Shown here: one piece after another, positions 27,143-36,801 of the stretch | How positions within the stretch are numbered: position 1 is the first letter of the stretch | Layout: each line of letters begins with the position of its first letter | NCBI GenBank assembly: GCA_031267895.1 | Contig: JAIRYF010000051.1 | Location: 1,561 to 65,560, forward strand | From: Candidatus Methanoplasma glyptotermitis | Lineage (GTDB): Archaea; Thermoplasmatota; Thermoplasmata; Methanomassiliicoccales; Methanomethylophilaceae | Reading direction: 5' to 3' | Length of the DNA stretch: 64,000 bases | Notes under the pieces: generated by a model | Told to the model about the DNA's origin: nothing | Seen by the model: the letters and a program-made list of their open reading frames with translations, nothing else | Databases searched by the model: none | Made by a program: the position numbers and the translations under genes

Positions 27143-27215
27143 GGGTCCGTGGGGTAGCGGATTATCCTTTCGGCCTTCGGAGCCGAATACCCGGGTTCGA
27201 ATCCCGGCGGACCCG
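27143..27215 (+). tRNA. tRNA-Arg (anticodon TCG)
   Basis: Acceptor GGGTCCG/CGGACCC, anticodon stem TCGGC/GCCGA (5 Watson-Crick pairs), loop CTTCGGA, T arm CCGGG-TTCGAAT-CCCGG, discriminator G. Confidence 0.85.
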
Positions 27216-27481
27216 CCTATATGATCTGGCTAAGACAAAAAATCCCGTTTGCGCGGGTGTTCGGAAAAGAACCGATGCTTCAGATTGCTGTGTTTCAAGG
27301 AAGCGGGCCTTTTAATTGGGCGGTCTTTTGGGCGATATACGAGCCGGTGCCGTTACGTGTTTGCATACATTAACACAATGATGTGTTCAGCGGCATATGG
27401 GTCCATTACCTAGCTGTGAATATAATCAATGGATTGCAACCTCAAAGAAGGTTTATCTTTGACGTCCGCATAACCCGGTCG

Positions 27482-29416
27482 ATGAAAAAAGAGATGAGCT
27501 CTTTCGATGTCCGTTCCGTCGTTTCCGAGATGGCATCGCTTGAAGGGGCGCACATCGACAAGATATTCCACTGGGGCGCGGGAAACGTTCTGTTCCGTCT
27601 CAATGTGCAGGGCGACGGAAAACGAGAGTTGTTCTTCCGAGACAAGAAATGGCTTTATCTGTCGCCGGACCGTCCGGAAACTCCCGAGACCCCCACATCA
27701 TTCGCCACGTTTCTGAGGAAGTATATAACCAATGCAAGGATAGGAAAGACCGTCCAGGCGGGGTTTGACAGAATAACAGTCACGGATGTCTTAAAGTCCA
27801 ATTCAGAGTACAAACTGATCTTCGAGATGTTCGGAGGGGGCAACGTGCTGCTGGTCCTTGACGGCAAGATAGTCAACTGTCTTACGCACAAAACATGGAG
27901 AGACCGCTCCACCCGCCCGGGGGAGTACTACGTAATGCCGAAGAGCAGATTCAATCCGCTGGAATCCTCTTTCGAAGACTTCAAGAATGTGTTCCGTTCC
28001 TCCGAATCGGACACAGTCAGAACCTTGGCGACCGTCGTGAACCTCGGCGGCCAATATTCAGAGGAGATCTGCAAGAGAAGCGGAGTAGACAAGAGCCGTC
28101 TGTCAACGGAGATCGACGACGATGACATCAGGAAGATGTATTCATCGCTGGAGGAGATAATCGGTTCTGTTCTCGGAGCCGGCGAACCTACAGTATTCAG
28201 AAAAGACGGGGAGATTATAGATGTCGCTCCGGTAGACCTCAGGATATACGAGGATGCCGAGTCGGAAAGGGTACCGGCCATGTCGCTGGCCATTGATGCC
28301 CTCATGCGGGAGATGAAGGAGACCGAAGAAGAGACTTACGTAGATCCGGAGATGGAGAAGCTAAGGAAAAGGATACAAAAGCAGACGGAGACCGTCAGCG
28401 AATACAGGATGGAATCCGAGGACCTGAAGAACAGGGCCGATGCGGTGTATATGGAGTATCAGAAGATTAACGATCTCCTAACGGTTCTGGAACGGAAATC
28501 CAAAGAACTGACCTGGGAGAAGCTCGCAGAAGGAGCGAGAAAGATACCGTTCGTTACAGACATAGATCCTCCCAAAAACACAGTATCGGTCGGAATTTCC
28601 GGCCTTAAAATCTCTCTGAACTACACGAAGGGAATAGATGCGAATGCATCGGACATATATCAGAAAAGCAAAGACATCGGAGAGAAGTCCAAAAGGGCAG
28701 AGGATGCATTGAAGGAGAGCGTGGCCGAGAGGGACAAAAAGCAGAAAGGCTTCGATAAGGCCAGGGCACTCGCGCTGAACAAGGTCCAGCCTACCAAGCA
28801 GTTCTGGTTCGAGAGATACAAATGGTTCATAACCTCATCCGGAAAACTGGTCATCGCGGGAAGGGACGCACACTCCAACGACAATATCGTCAAGAAGCAC
28901 TTGAAGGAGAAGGATGTCTTCGTCCATGCAGATGTTCACGGCGCACCCTCTGTGATTCTGAAAGAAGGTTCCGCCGCCACGCAGGAGGAGTTGCGCGAGG
29001 CATGCACATTCGCGCTGACGCAGTCCAAGGCATGGGTTGCCGCACTCATGGAAGGCGCAGCATTCTGGGCATATCCGGATCAGGTGAGCAAAACGCCAAA
29101 CCCCGGAGAGTTTGTTCCGAGGGGTGCGTTCATAGTCAGAGGCAAAAGAAATTATGAATACCATCTGAAGATGGAACTCGGAATAGGAGAGATAGACTAT
29201 CAGGGTGCGATGAAGATAATGTGCGGCCCCGTCGATCTCTTCAAAGATTCGGAGAGATACATGGTTCTTAATCCCGGGAGGGGCAAAAGCGGAAGGAAAT
29301 CCGGAGATATCGCCAAGGACTTCCGGGTTCCGGAAGAGGAAATTTCAAGAATACTCCCTCCCGGCGATGTCGAGGCCGTGAAAAAGGTGTGGATCGAAAG
29401 GACAGACGGACAGTGA
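27482..29416 (+). CDS. NFACT-family ribosome quality control protein (RqcH/Rqc2/FbpA-like)
   Basis: NFACT-N-like N-terminus (FDVRSVVSEMASLEGAHIDKI), a long coiled-coil middle section, and a DUF814/NFACT-R motif VFVHADVHGAPSVILK. Start placed at ATG 27482. Confidence 0.85.
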   Translation: MKKEMSSFDVRSVVSEMASLEGAHIDKIFHWGAGNVLFRLNVQGDGKRELFFRDKKWLYLSPDRPETPETPTSFATFLRKYITNARIGKTVQAGFDRITVTDVLKSNSEYKLIFEMFGGGNVLLVLDGKIVNCLTHKTWRDRSTRPGEYYVMPKSRFNPLESSFEDFKNVFRSSESDTVRTLATVVNLGGQYSEEICKRSGVDKSRLSTEIDDDDIRKMYSSLEEIIGSVLGAGEPTVFRKDGEIIDVAPVDLRIYEDAESERVPAMSLAIDALMREMKETEEETYVDPEMEKLRKRIQKQTETVSEYRMESEDLKNRADAVYMEYQKINDLLTVLERKSKELTWEKLAEGARKIPFVTDIDPPKNTVSVGISGLKISLNYTKGIDANASDIYQKSKDIGEKSKRAEDALKESVAERDKKQKGFDKARALALNKVQPTKQFWFERYKWFITSSGKLVIAGRDAHSNDNIVKKHLKEKDVFVHADVHGAPSVILKEGSAATQEELREACTFALTQSKAWVAALMEGAAFWAYPDQVSKTPNPGEFVPRGAFIVRGKRNYEYHLKMELGIGEIDYQGAMKIMCGPVDLFKDSERYMVLNPGRGKSGRKSGDIAKDFRVPEEEISRILPPGDVEAVKKVWIERTDGQ

Positions 29417-29417
29417 C

Positions 29418-29494
29418 TGGTGCCCGCGCCGGAATTCGAATCCGGGTCAAGAGATCCGCAATCTCTCAGGATATCCAAGCTACCCCACGCGGGC
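29418..29494 (-). tRNA. tRNA-Arg (anticodon GCG), CCA encoded
   Basis: The reverse complement folds as follows. Acceptor GCCCGCG/CGCGGGC, anticodon stem AGAGA/TCTCT, loop TTGCGGA, T arm CCGGA-TTCGAAT-TCCGG, then A-CCA. The 3' end lies 1 nt from the convergent NFACT gene stop. Confidence 0.9.
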
Positions 29495-29534
29495 GGTATT
29501 ACTCCGCGGAAAATTTGCTGGTTACTAAACGGTT

Positions 29535-29726
29535 TCAAATTTCCGGACGGGACAGATAGCGCGTTATGTATCCCGCTATTCTGTTCCTCATCTTGACCGA
29601 ATAGACGTCCGTGAGGTTGTTGACCATCTCTTTGTTGTTCTCAAAATCCCTACTGAATACCTGAGGGTATTTGTTGAGAAGTTCGATGGAAACTCTCTTG
29701 ATGTATGTGGGCCTTATTCTTCCCAT
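29535..29726 (-). CDS. rps17e: 30S ribosomal protein S17e
   Basis: 63 aa, MGRIRPTYIKRVSIELLNKYP...RNRIAGYITR, typical of S17e. Confidence 0.92.
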   Translation of the reverse strand: MGRIRPTYIKRVSIELLNKYPQVFSRDFENNKEMVNNLTDVYSVKMRNRIAGYITRYLSRPEI

Positions 29727-30468
29727 TGTCCTTCACCGATATGGACCCGATTAAGTGGATTCATATTTAAGCTTTGTTGGGTTCCCGCTTCGCATCGGAC
29801 CGTTGCCGCTTATTCCGGAACAGGGAACCCATCGGCTTCGTGTTCCGCATATCGAAAGGCATATCGCCATGCTGTTGACTGTTTGTATCCTCAAGTGCCA
29901 TTCCCCACCTGCATTGCAACAGCGATTGGGAACATATTTGATTGATTGTGTTTCGGATACACTATATTTTATATCTCTTATCAGTAGGCATGTATCCAAA
30001 ACTCCCACCCTCTGTTGCGGCGGTCGGTTCCGGTCGAAGACAATGAAGGCTGATGGTCCGGTTATGGAGACATACAGTGCAGTCACAGAAAATCGGGCGG
30101 TAAAGATGCAGGTATCCCTGCAGTTACAGGAATGCTGTCTGCGGTGATCGTTGCATACATGGCGATAACGGGAGTCCGAAGTCGCATTGATGGCAGCCAG
30201 CGAAATGATTACATGAAATATGGCCGCTGGTGTTATCGATCCTCTTATCAGCACGGCAATGTCTGCGGTCGGAAAATGATGGAGACTGAGCAGAACATCT
30301 TCCCGAGAATTCTTCGAGGCGTATTATGGGCGGACTTTGGGGTCGATTCAAGCGGTTTTTGGCAGAAGAATATAACATTCCCTCTTTCGAAAGTCCTGCT
30401 ACGCGAGGCATGCGCGGTTTGACGGTATATGTCACTGCCCCCGAATCTGCTTTTTCTGTTTCCTCGCG

Positions 30469-30705
30469 ATGATCGATGTGCTGTTAAGAGATGGTGCACA
30501 CTGGAGGTCCCTTGTGACGATATATGTCGGAGTCGCATTCCTCAGTGTGACCTTCCTGTACGGGATGAGAGTTGCGGGGAAGATTGAATCGCCACGCTCA
30601 GATGAGGAAACGCTTGTCATGGTCAAGAAAGGAACCCTCACAATTGTCGCGTTAATGATCGTTTCATTCGCAGTGGGGATCGGGATGCAGAATTTTTTGT
30701 ACTGA
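30469..30705 (+). CDS. possible small 2-TM membrane protein
   Basis: 78 aa with two hydrophobic helices (SLVTIYVGVAFLSVTFLYG and LTIVALMIVSFAVGIGM). No recognisable RBS and no known family. Confidence 0.3.
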   Translation: MIDVLLRDGAHWRSLVTIYVGVAFLSVTFLYGMRVAGKIESPRSDEETLVMVKKGTLTIVALMIVSFAVGIGMQNFLY

Positions 30706-31138
30706 TGTCTCTGTTCGTGCGACGTATACATGTGCGACAGCCGTCAGGCTCCAGTGTGTGCTCCCGATACCGGGCGACTCATACAGAAATCATATACCAG
30801 CACGCGGCAAAGAAATGCCAGACGGCTAAGCTACGCGAACCCATGGCACAGACCTTTACGGAACGACCGTCAAGGGCATGATCGGTTCGTTCCTCGGATC
30901 GGTTTCGACGCTAGAGCCGTACGCATAGACGGAAAGGTGTTTCCCCGTTCTCAATCGGAGTCTTCCGTTATCGGAATGTATCCAGAACCGTCTGTTCCAG
31001 TGCCGGAGGCACCTGGACAGACCTCAATCGACCGTTTCGGAACCAGGACAGTTAACTGGGAACGCGCAAGCTTTGCGAAGAATGCATAGCCTTCGGCGCA
31101 AGCTACCGGGATCGATTGCGTAAGTGTCAGACTCGGAT

Positions 31139-31327
31139 TCAAGATGCGATTTTTTTCCTGTTTGCCTCGATAACGGATATCGAGATCCCCGCAAAGGCGG
31201 CCACGAGGGTTCCAGAAAGAGCAACGTTACTCACGATCATTCTTGCAGCACCCAAATCTCCTCTGCTCACATTCAGGAGCAGAAGGGACAGGTACAACAC
31301 AAAATACACGACCACAATAACAGTCAC
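31139..31327 (-). CDS. possible small 2-TM membrane protein downstream of the leader-peptide-like gene
   Basis: 62 aa, GTG start, two hydrophobic helices. Lies 50 nt downstream of the 31378-31671 ORF on the same strand. Confidence 0.35.
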   Translation of the reverse strand: MTVIVVVYFVLYLSLLLLNVSRGDLGAARMIVSNVALSGTLVAAFAGISISVIEANRKKIAS

Positions 31328-31377
31328 ACCGAGAAAACTATTTTTTCGCTCGCACTCAAAGCACCCACAGCATCACT

Positions 31378-31671
31378 TCATTTCAGCTGTTTGTATCCGT
31401 CTACAATCGCATAGGCACCTAATATCTGGCCTACTACAGCTGGAGTCGAGAAGGCCGCTATGCCTCCCGCCAAACTGATAAGCCCAAGTCCGATCTGACC
31501 GAGGGCTGCCTGGTTTCTATCAATATAATCCCATGCGCCTATTATGCTACCCGTCGCATACGAGACAAGGTCGCCCAATACTCCCAGTCCATCGTATTCC
31601 ATTTCCTCTTCAGACAGCTCCACATACCTTTTCGGCATTTTCATCTCATAGTTGTTTACATCAGAAAACAA
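31378..31671 (-). CDS. 97-aa peptide with double-glycine-leader-like N-terminus and Gly-rich hydrophobic C-terminal region
   Basis: TTG start preceded by GGGAGG with a 7-nt spacer. The N-terminus ...VELSEEEMEYDGLG resembles the LSxxELxxIxGG leader. The rest is GxxxG-rich and amphipathic/hydrophobic (GQIGLGLISLAGGIAAF...GQILGAYAIVDG). Confidence 0.5.
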   Translation of the reverse strand: MFSDVNNYEMKMPKRYVELSEEEMEYDGLGVLGDLVSYATGSIIGAWDYIDRNQAALGQIGLGLISLAGGIAAFSTPAVVGQILGAYAIVDGYKQLK

Positions 31672-31788
31672 TTATATTCCTCCCTACTATTTTTATGCAA
31701 CAGTTGACCGATGAATTGCCCTTAGACCATTTATAGATATGTAGCAATAGGCTCTGGTGAAACCGGAGTTTGTTCAGACTAACCGAAT

Positions 31789-31800
31789 AACTCTGAACAC
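31789..31800. repeat. 12-nt direct repeat AACTCTGAACAC (copy 1)
   Basis: An identical 12-mer occurs at 33235-33246. The two copies bracket the transposase remnants. Confidence 0.85.
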
Positions 31801-33234
31801 GTTTACGAAGAACCGCGGAATAAACGGGATACCGTTATGAAAATGACCGGATGCCCTGCCGGCCATGCCTGCGATCTGCACGAACACGGGAAAGGTTCAA
31901 TTATGCCCGGACCGATGTGTGTCCCGGAGGAGAGCTTAAGCTCATGTGCGCGTGTTGGCAGAATCAGCACATCCTCCGACCCGTTCTCATACCATGAGAA
32001 TAAAAGCCAGAGCCTGGATGCAGAAGAATTTGCATAGGATCTTGTTCTCACGTCCCTTGTGCCGTGTTCCTTTCACTGCGAAGCTTATCCATTTCTTCAT
32101 TGATGCGTGAGTTGTTTCGCATCTGCTTCTTGCTTTCAGCCGGATATCTCTGATCAGATCCGTCAGGTTCCGGTTTCTGAGGAACATTCCTGTCAGTTCC
32201 CCTTTGCCGCTGTCCGACAGGAGCTTAAGCTTCTGAGGAAGAATCATATTTCTGTTACCTCCTGTCTTCCATAACCGATTGACAATCCTTCCGATATCGG
32301 CTTCCTAACGATACACCGAGGATTCTTTCATACGTGTTATCGGAATCATGCCCAGTTCTGTCCAGGTCAATGCGTATGTATCGAACGGATCATAAGATGC
32401 GTCGGCCATGAGATATTTTGCTTTGAGCCTGCATATTCCCATTTTCTTTCCTCTCTGAATGAGTCCTTTTGCAAACGGATTGTCCTGAGCATTGCCGTTC
32501 GGATATGCCATGGCCGCCGGCATACCCTCCACCATCAGAATGTGCGCTTTATCCGTGTTGATCAGGTAATGCCGATTGAAGTCCGCCTGTTTATCTCCCC
32601 CGGAAGCTCACGGAGGAGCGGAATCCAATGTCACTGCGGAATCATCGTTTCCCGCGGAGACGAAATATCTGCCGAATTCTTCTGACAGATCAGTCATCAG
32701 ATTCGGGATCAGAATATGATTGACAAAATGATTCAGTCCTGCTGCGGACGGTATCATGATCCTGCCGTCTTTGATGGGAAACCCGAGAATGAACGCATCC
32801 TCGGTGCTCAGCGGTGATGCAATACCTCTGTATGTCTGTCTCCTGCATTCCATCAGAATGTACAGAAGGATCATGCTGACAGTACCATAGGTGTATGCGC
32901 CGCGTTTCGGAGAATGTTTTCTTTTGTACTCTCTTACCGTTTCCGACCCGGATATCATCTCATCCAGTGTCAAAAGATCATCAGCGGTCAGTTCTCTTGT
33001 GCTCTTGGTCCTTGCTCTTGGTCCTTTAGCTGGCAGCATATAAAAACTACCATATATAAATATATAATAATTGCGAAAATAGCAAATAATAGTTATACAA
33101 AAACAGCAAACAGCGTTTATACAAAAACAACTCGCCGAACTCCTCCGGAAGAACCCACATCGGCAGCACGGATGACTGAAAGAAAAACGATACGGGAAAC
33201 GGAATTTACCCCATTTGTTTTTATATTAATCCAA
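31801..33234 (-). mobile_element. decayed DDE insertion sequence (IS4/IS5-like), about 1.43 kb
   Basis: The interval between the two 12-nt direct repeats contains the three transposase fragments. Terminal inverted repeats could not be identified by eye. Confidence 0.5.
31987..33039 (-). pseudogene. DDE transposase split over three reading frames
   Basis: Fragments 32608-33039 (..AVTLDSAPP, first D region), 32305-32535 (LMADASYD, second D region) and 31987-32247 (RSRCETTHASMKK.., the R..VE..F..K-type E region) lie in different frames on the same strand. Confidence 0.7.
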
Positions 33235-33246
33235 AACTCTGAACAC
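33235..33246. repeat. 12-nt direct repeat AACTCTGAACAC (copy 2)
   Basis: Identical to 31789-31800. Confidence 0.85.
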
Positions 33247-33336
33247 AGACATAATATGTTTAATGCACACCAGGTTGAACATATCCGAGATAATTGTGCG
33301 ATGGTGATAGTAAACAGCATTTGAGTATACAAACGG

Positions 33337-34008
33337 TCAAACGGCATGATTTCTCAGACTGCATCGCGGCCTGCCGCACGAGAGCTTCCCTTCTGGGCAC
33401 GGTCCCCTGACACACGGAGGTCCCGCATCCCTAAAGATGACCGGCGACACTTCCTTACAGAGTGCCAGCATCTTTTCGGAGAGATCTCTTATCTCCCACT
33501 GTGCGCGCTCGCAGCATCTCAGGGAAAAGAAATGAAGCAGTTCTCTTGCGTTCATCGTTATGGTTATGTTGGTCGTGCATCCGTTCGGAAGTATATACCT
33601 GGCATCCTCCGCCGGTACGATCTCCGAAAGCCTGTTGTAAGCATCCCAGATTTTCTCCATTGTATTCTCGTAAAGAGCGGCAGACCTCGGATCGGCCTTT
33701 ACACTATCAGGGACGACATACGTCGGGGCCTTGAGGGGAACATACCTCTGGCTCTGCTGGGAGAATGAAGCTATTCTGTGCCTCACCAACTGGTGAGTCA
33801 GTACTCTTGAGACGCCTTCGACAGAGAACGTGAATACTGCGTGCTCTATGACCGAATGGTGGCCCATGCCAACTATTACTCCGAGGACTTTCTCGTTATC
33901 GTTCTCCCTCAGAAGATCGGCCGACGGCCTTTCCGAATAACACGACCTCCCTGCCGCGGTACATACCGCATCTGCGTCCGGCGTGTGCGCCAGCAGTCTA
34001 ACATTCAT
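33337..34008 (-). CDS. thyX: FAD-dependent thymidylate synthase ThyX
   Basis: ThyX signature RHRIASFSQQSQRY. Start placed at ATG 34008 (MNVRLLAHTP), which forms an ATGA overlap with the upstream traB-like stop. Confidence 0.92.
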   Translation of the reverse strand: MNVRLLAHTPDADAVCTAAGRSCYSERPSADLLRENDNEKVLGVIVGMGHHSVIEHAVFTFSVEGVSRVLTHQLVRHRIASFSQQSQRYVPLKAPTYVVPDSVKADPRSAALYENTMEKIWDAYNRLSEIVPAEDARYILPNGCTTNITITMNARELLHFFSLRCCERAQWEIRDLSEKMLALCKEVSPVIFRDAGPPCVRGPCPEGKLSCGRPRCSLRNHAV

Positions 34009-34715
34009 TCCTGTATCCCCGGTTTTCTGTTCCATATACTGGACCTTATGCAGTCCATTCTCTCTTGATTCATCATGTCCGCAAGTCTTATCTTCTCTAT
34101 CTCGGTGCCGTCGAGGATACTGCATATCCCCCTGACATGCGCGTCCCCCACCACAACCACAATGTTATTGTACTTTTCCAATGCCCCTCTGATCCTCTCT
34201 GCCATGTATGCATCCCGCTCGTCGATCAGCTTCTCCACCAGAGTCGGGAATCTTCTGCGCATTCTGCGGACGTATTCCTCCTCATTATCGGCGAAGCTCT
34301 TCTGCGTGACGTTTATTTTCTTCCTCCAGAAAAGGCTGTCCGTGACCGAGGAAACAGAATACCTCACCCTTTCGGAGGCTGACATGCCTTCTTCAATCTC
34401 CGCCATGGTCTGCTCGGCATCTCTGTCTATGCATATTATGTCCGCGCCGACGATCTTCCCCGCAAAGATGGCAGCCGTGAATTCCCCTCCGGGCAGGACG
34501 CCGTTTTTCTCCGATATCCTGTTCTGATATTCTGCCGATCCGCGGTACAGTTTTGGGGTGTTCTCAAGCCCCTTTCCGTCCCCGCCGCTCATAAGCGAGG
34601 CGTATCTTCTTTCGTCCAGTTCAACCAGGACCGCATCCGGCCAGGTGTATTTCACAATGAAGGAAACCTGTTCCGATATTCTGAACACGTGTCCTGTCCC
34701 TATCATTGTGATCAT
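34005..34715 (-). CDS. TraB/GumN family protein
   Basis: 236 aa. MIGTGHV N-terminus and the VLVELDERRY motif, typical of the TraB family. Confidence 0.85.
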   Translation of the reverse strand: MITMIGTGHVFRISEQVSFIVKYTWPDAVLVELDERRYASLMSGGDGKGLENTPKLYRGSAEYQNRISEKNGVLPGGEFTAAIFAGKIVGADIICIDRDAEQTMAEIEEGMSASERVRYSVSSVTDSLFWRKKINVTQKSFADNEEEYVRRMRRRFPTLVEKLIDERDAYMAERIRGALEKYNNIVVVVGDAHVRGICSILDGTEIEKIRLADMMNQERMDCIRSSIWNRKPGIQE

Positions 34716-34854
34716 GGTCCATGTTATCCCTTTCGATTAGATAATCTAAACTGTCGGTCCTGTATGGTTATTGTCGTCTTTGTGTTTCGGACCCATCCGG
34801 TTTCTATGCCGCCTGCGCACAGATTTTATCCTCGGCCCGCATACGTCATCCGCA

Positions 34855-35541
34855 ATGAGAAGTTATGATCTTGTGTGCTTCGATATGGACGGTGTGCTGA
34901 CATCCCTCCGAAGTTCCTGGTATTGGATCAACCAGTGCCTCGGAATTGATAATGAACCCACTTATCAGGCATATATCAAAGGAGAGATAAACCAGCAAGA
35001 ATTCATGAGAAGGGACATAGCCCAATGGGAACAGGCCAGGCCCGGCATAAAAATCTTCGACATAGTGAGGTTCTTTCAGGACATGCCGCTGATCGGCGGC
35101 ATACAGGAGACCGTCGCCTGTCTTAGAGACAATAACATCAGATGCGTCATAGTCAGCGGGGGCATAGACCTGGCTGCGAGGATGATCGCCGAGGAGTTTG
35201 GGTTTGATGACTATGCCGCTGACGAGATCTGCAGCAGCTCCGACGGAACACTCACAGGAGAAGGCAGGGTGAACGTAGACCTAAGAGACAAAGGAATCAA
35301 TGTCAGACAGTACATAAAAAAATACGGAACAACCAAGGAGAGAACGGTCTCCATCGGGAATTCATATACTGATGTCCCCATGTTCAGGAACGCCGGCATG
35401 TCTATTGCATTCAATCCTACTGATGATCTCACGACAGAGGCCGCCACGCACACAGTGAGATCTGAAAATATAGCGGATATCCTTGACCTTATTGTGCCTC
35501 AGGAGTCCTGTCCGCCGTCTTCGAAAACGAACCCGTCGTGA
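34855..35541 (+). CDS. HAD-superfamily phosphatase (HAD-IB, phosphoserine phosphatase-like)
   Basis: CFDMDGVLT (DxD motif I), VSGG (motif II) and GNSYTDVPM (motif IV). Start placed at ATG 34855. Confidence 0.8.
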   Translation: MRSYDLVCFDMDGVLTSLRSSWYWINQCLGIDNEPTYQAYIKGEINQQEFMRRDIAQWEQARPGIKIFDIVRFFQDMPLIGGIQETVACLRDNNIRCVIVSGGIDLAARMIAEEFGFDDYAADEICSSSDGTLTGEGRVNVDLRDKGINVRQYIKKYGTTKERTVSIGNSYTDVPMFRNAGMSIAFNPTDDLTTEAATHTVRSENIADILDLIVPQESCPPSSKTNPS

Positions 35542-36173
35542 TCTGTGTCTTCATCCAGATCAAGCACCTCGTATCTCTTCTTCCTGATCTTTCCATATAT
35601 TCTGACGATATCTCTGGCCTCCGCCGACCCGTTCTTCAGAAGACGGTCTCTGGTCTTTATGGCATGGATGAGCGTATCAAAATTTTCGAAGGAAAGTACG
35701 GAGCCGATCGTGAACTCATCATCCGGATCTGCATCAGTCCTGACTGAATATGTCTTTTGTCCGTCGTTCACGGAGACCTTCACATGAAGAGTGTCAAACT
35801 GCTTGACCCAAAGAGCCCCTATTTTATCTGCCTGGAACTTCTTACCTCTTCTACCATCCCGGCTCTCTATGTGTGTGATGCACACACTGCGTCCGTCATC
35901 GAGATCAAACTCATCCCCGACCGCGAGTATCTCGTTCGATTCCAGTTCTGTCTCGGTCGTTTCTGTGATATCTCCGTCGCTGAACAGAACCTTGACCTTT
36001 AGTGTTTCCGGCATCCTTACCGTGTCGGAGAACACCCTTCCGCACTCACCGCACCTGAACGTTCCGGTAATGTTGCCCTTTCCGGCCCTTCCTTTGAGTA
36101 TGTCGTGTTCCGTGATATCCCTGCAGTCCGGGCATTCAATATACAGATATTCCGGCATCTCTACGTTAGTCAT
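35499..36173 (-). CDS. archaeal zinc-ribbon protein of unknown function
   Basis: 224 aa. CPDC...CGEC N-terminal zinc ribbon and an acidic C-terminal tail. Its ATG overlaps the upstream MBL gene stop by 8 nt. Confidence 0.65.
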   Translation of the reverse strand: MTNVEMPEYLYIECPDCRDITEHDILKGRAGKGNITGTFRCGECGRVFSDTVRMPETLKVKVLFSDGDITETTETELESNEILAVGDEFDLDDGRSVCITHIESRDGRRGKKFQADKIGALWVKQFDTLHVKVSVNDGQKTYSVRTDADPDDEFTIGSVLSFENFDTLIHAIKTRDRLLKNGSAEARDIVRIYGKIRKKRYEVLDLDEDTDHDGFVFEDGGQDS

Positions 36174-36801
36174 TCAAATCACCTTTGACCGGGAATGGGG
36201 GGCCGTGTCCCGGTATTATCACATCTGCATACTTGGTTATCCGTTTTATACTTTCCAGTGCAAGGTCCGGATCAATATTGACCGCCGGCGGCAGCATCTT
36301 CTCGCAGTTGCTGCGTGTCGGGACCGCGTCGCCCGCTATGACATATCTCTTGTCCGCCTCTATGAATATGCTCACGGATCCGCTCGTGTGGCCCGGCGTG
36401 TGAACGGCTCTGACTCCCGGAGCGAGTTCTCTGTCCAGATCCACGGGTCTGGATCCGGGCACGTTCATGCATTCGTCCTCGTGAATCAGTATATCGGCAC
36501 CCTCAAACATTCCGATGTTGCCGGTATGGTCGCTGTGGGAGTGTGTCAGCACCACTGTGTCTACATCCCGGGGGAATATGCCTATCTGCCGGAAAGAGGT
36601 CTTTATCGCAGGCCGCATATATTCCGTGCCGGTGTCCGCCACTACTGTACTTTCGCCGGACCTGATAAGTACGGAAGACGAATGTGCATCAAGTATTTTC
36701 CCTTCGCCGTCTCTCCGGAGACTCCCGACCGCCAGTACATCCAGCCGAATCATATACATCCGTATGCAGATGTCGTTAAAACTTGTTCGCGCCATGTGCA
36801 C
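36166..36801 (-). CDS. MBL-fold metallo-hydrolase
   Basis: 211 aa with HSHSDHTGN (HxHxDH) and downstream His/Asp ligands (HTPGHT, PGHG). Confidence 0.85.
   Translation of the reverse strand: MHMARTSFNDICIRMYMIRLDVLAVGSLRRDGEGKILDAHSSSVLIRSGESTVVADTGTEYMRPAIKTSFRQIGIFPRDVDTVVLTHSHSDHTGNIGMFEGADILIHEDECMNVPGSRPVDLDRELAPGVRAVHTPGHTSGSVSIFIEADKRYVIAGDAVPTRSNCEKMLPPAVNIDPDLALESIKRITKYADVIIPGHGPPFPVKGDLND

Noticed and set aside
27143-27215. This tRNA might be a tRNA-Pro isoacceptor, because its body closely resembles tRNA-Pro(GGG) at 21034.
   Set aside because: The anticodon stem TCGGC/GCCGA pairs perfectly only in one register. That register places TCG at positions 34-36 with T33 and G37, so it is called tRNA-Arg(TCG).
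29751-31100. Several mutually overlapping 60-170 aa ORFs on both strands just downstream of rps17e.
   Set aside because: None has an RBS, recognisable motifs or a plausible composition. They are treated as non-coding or decayed sequence and discussed as part of the island finding.
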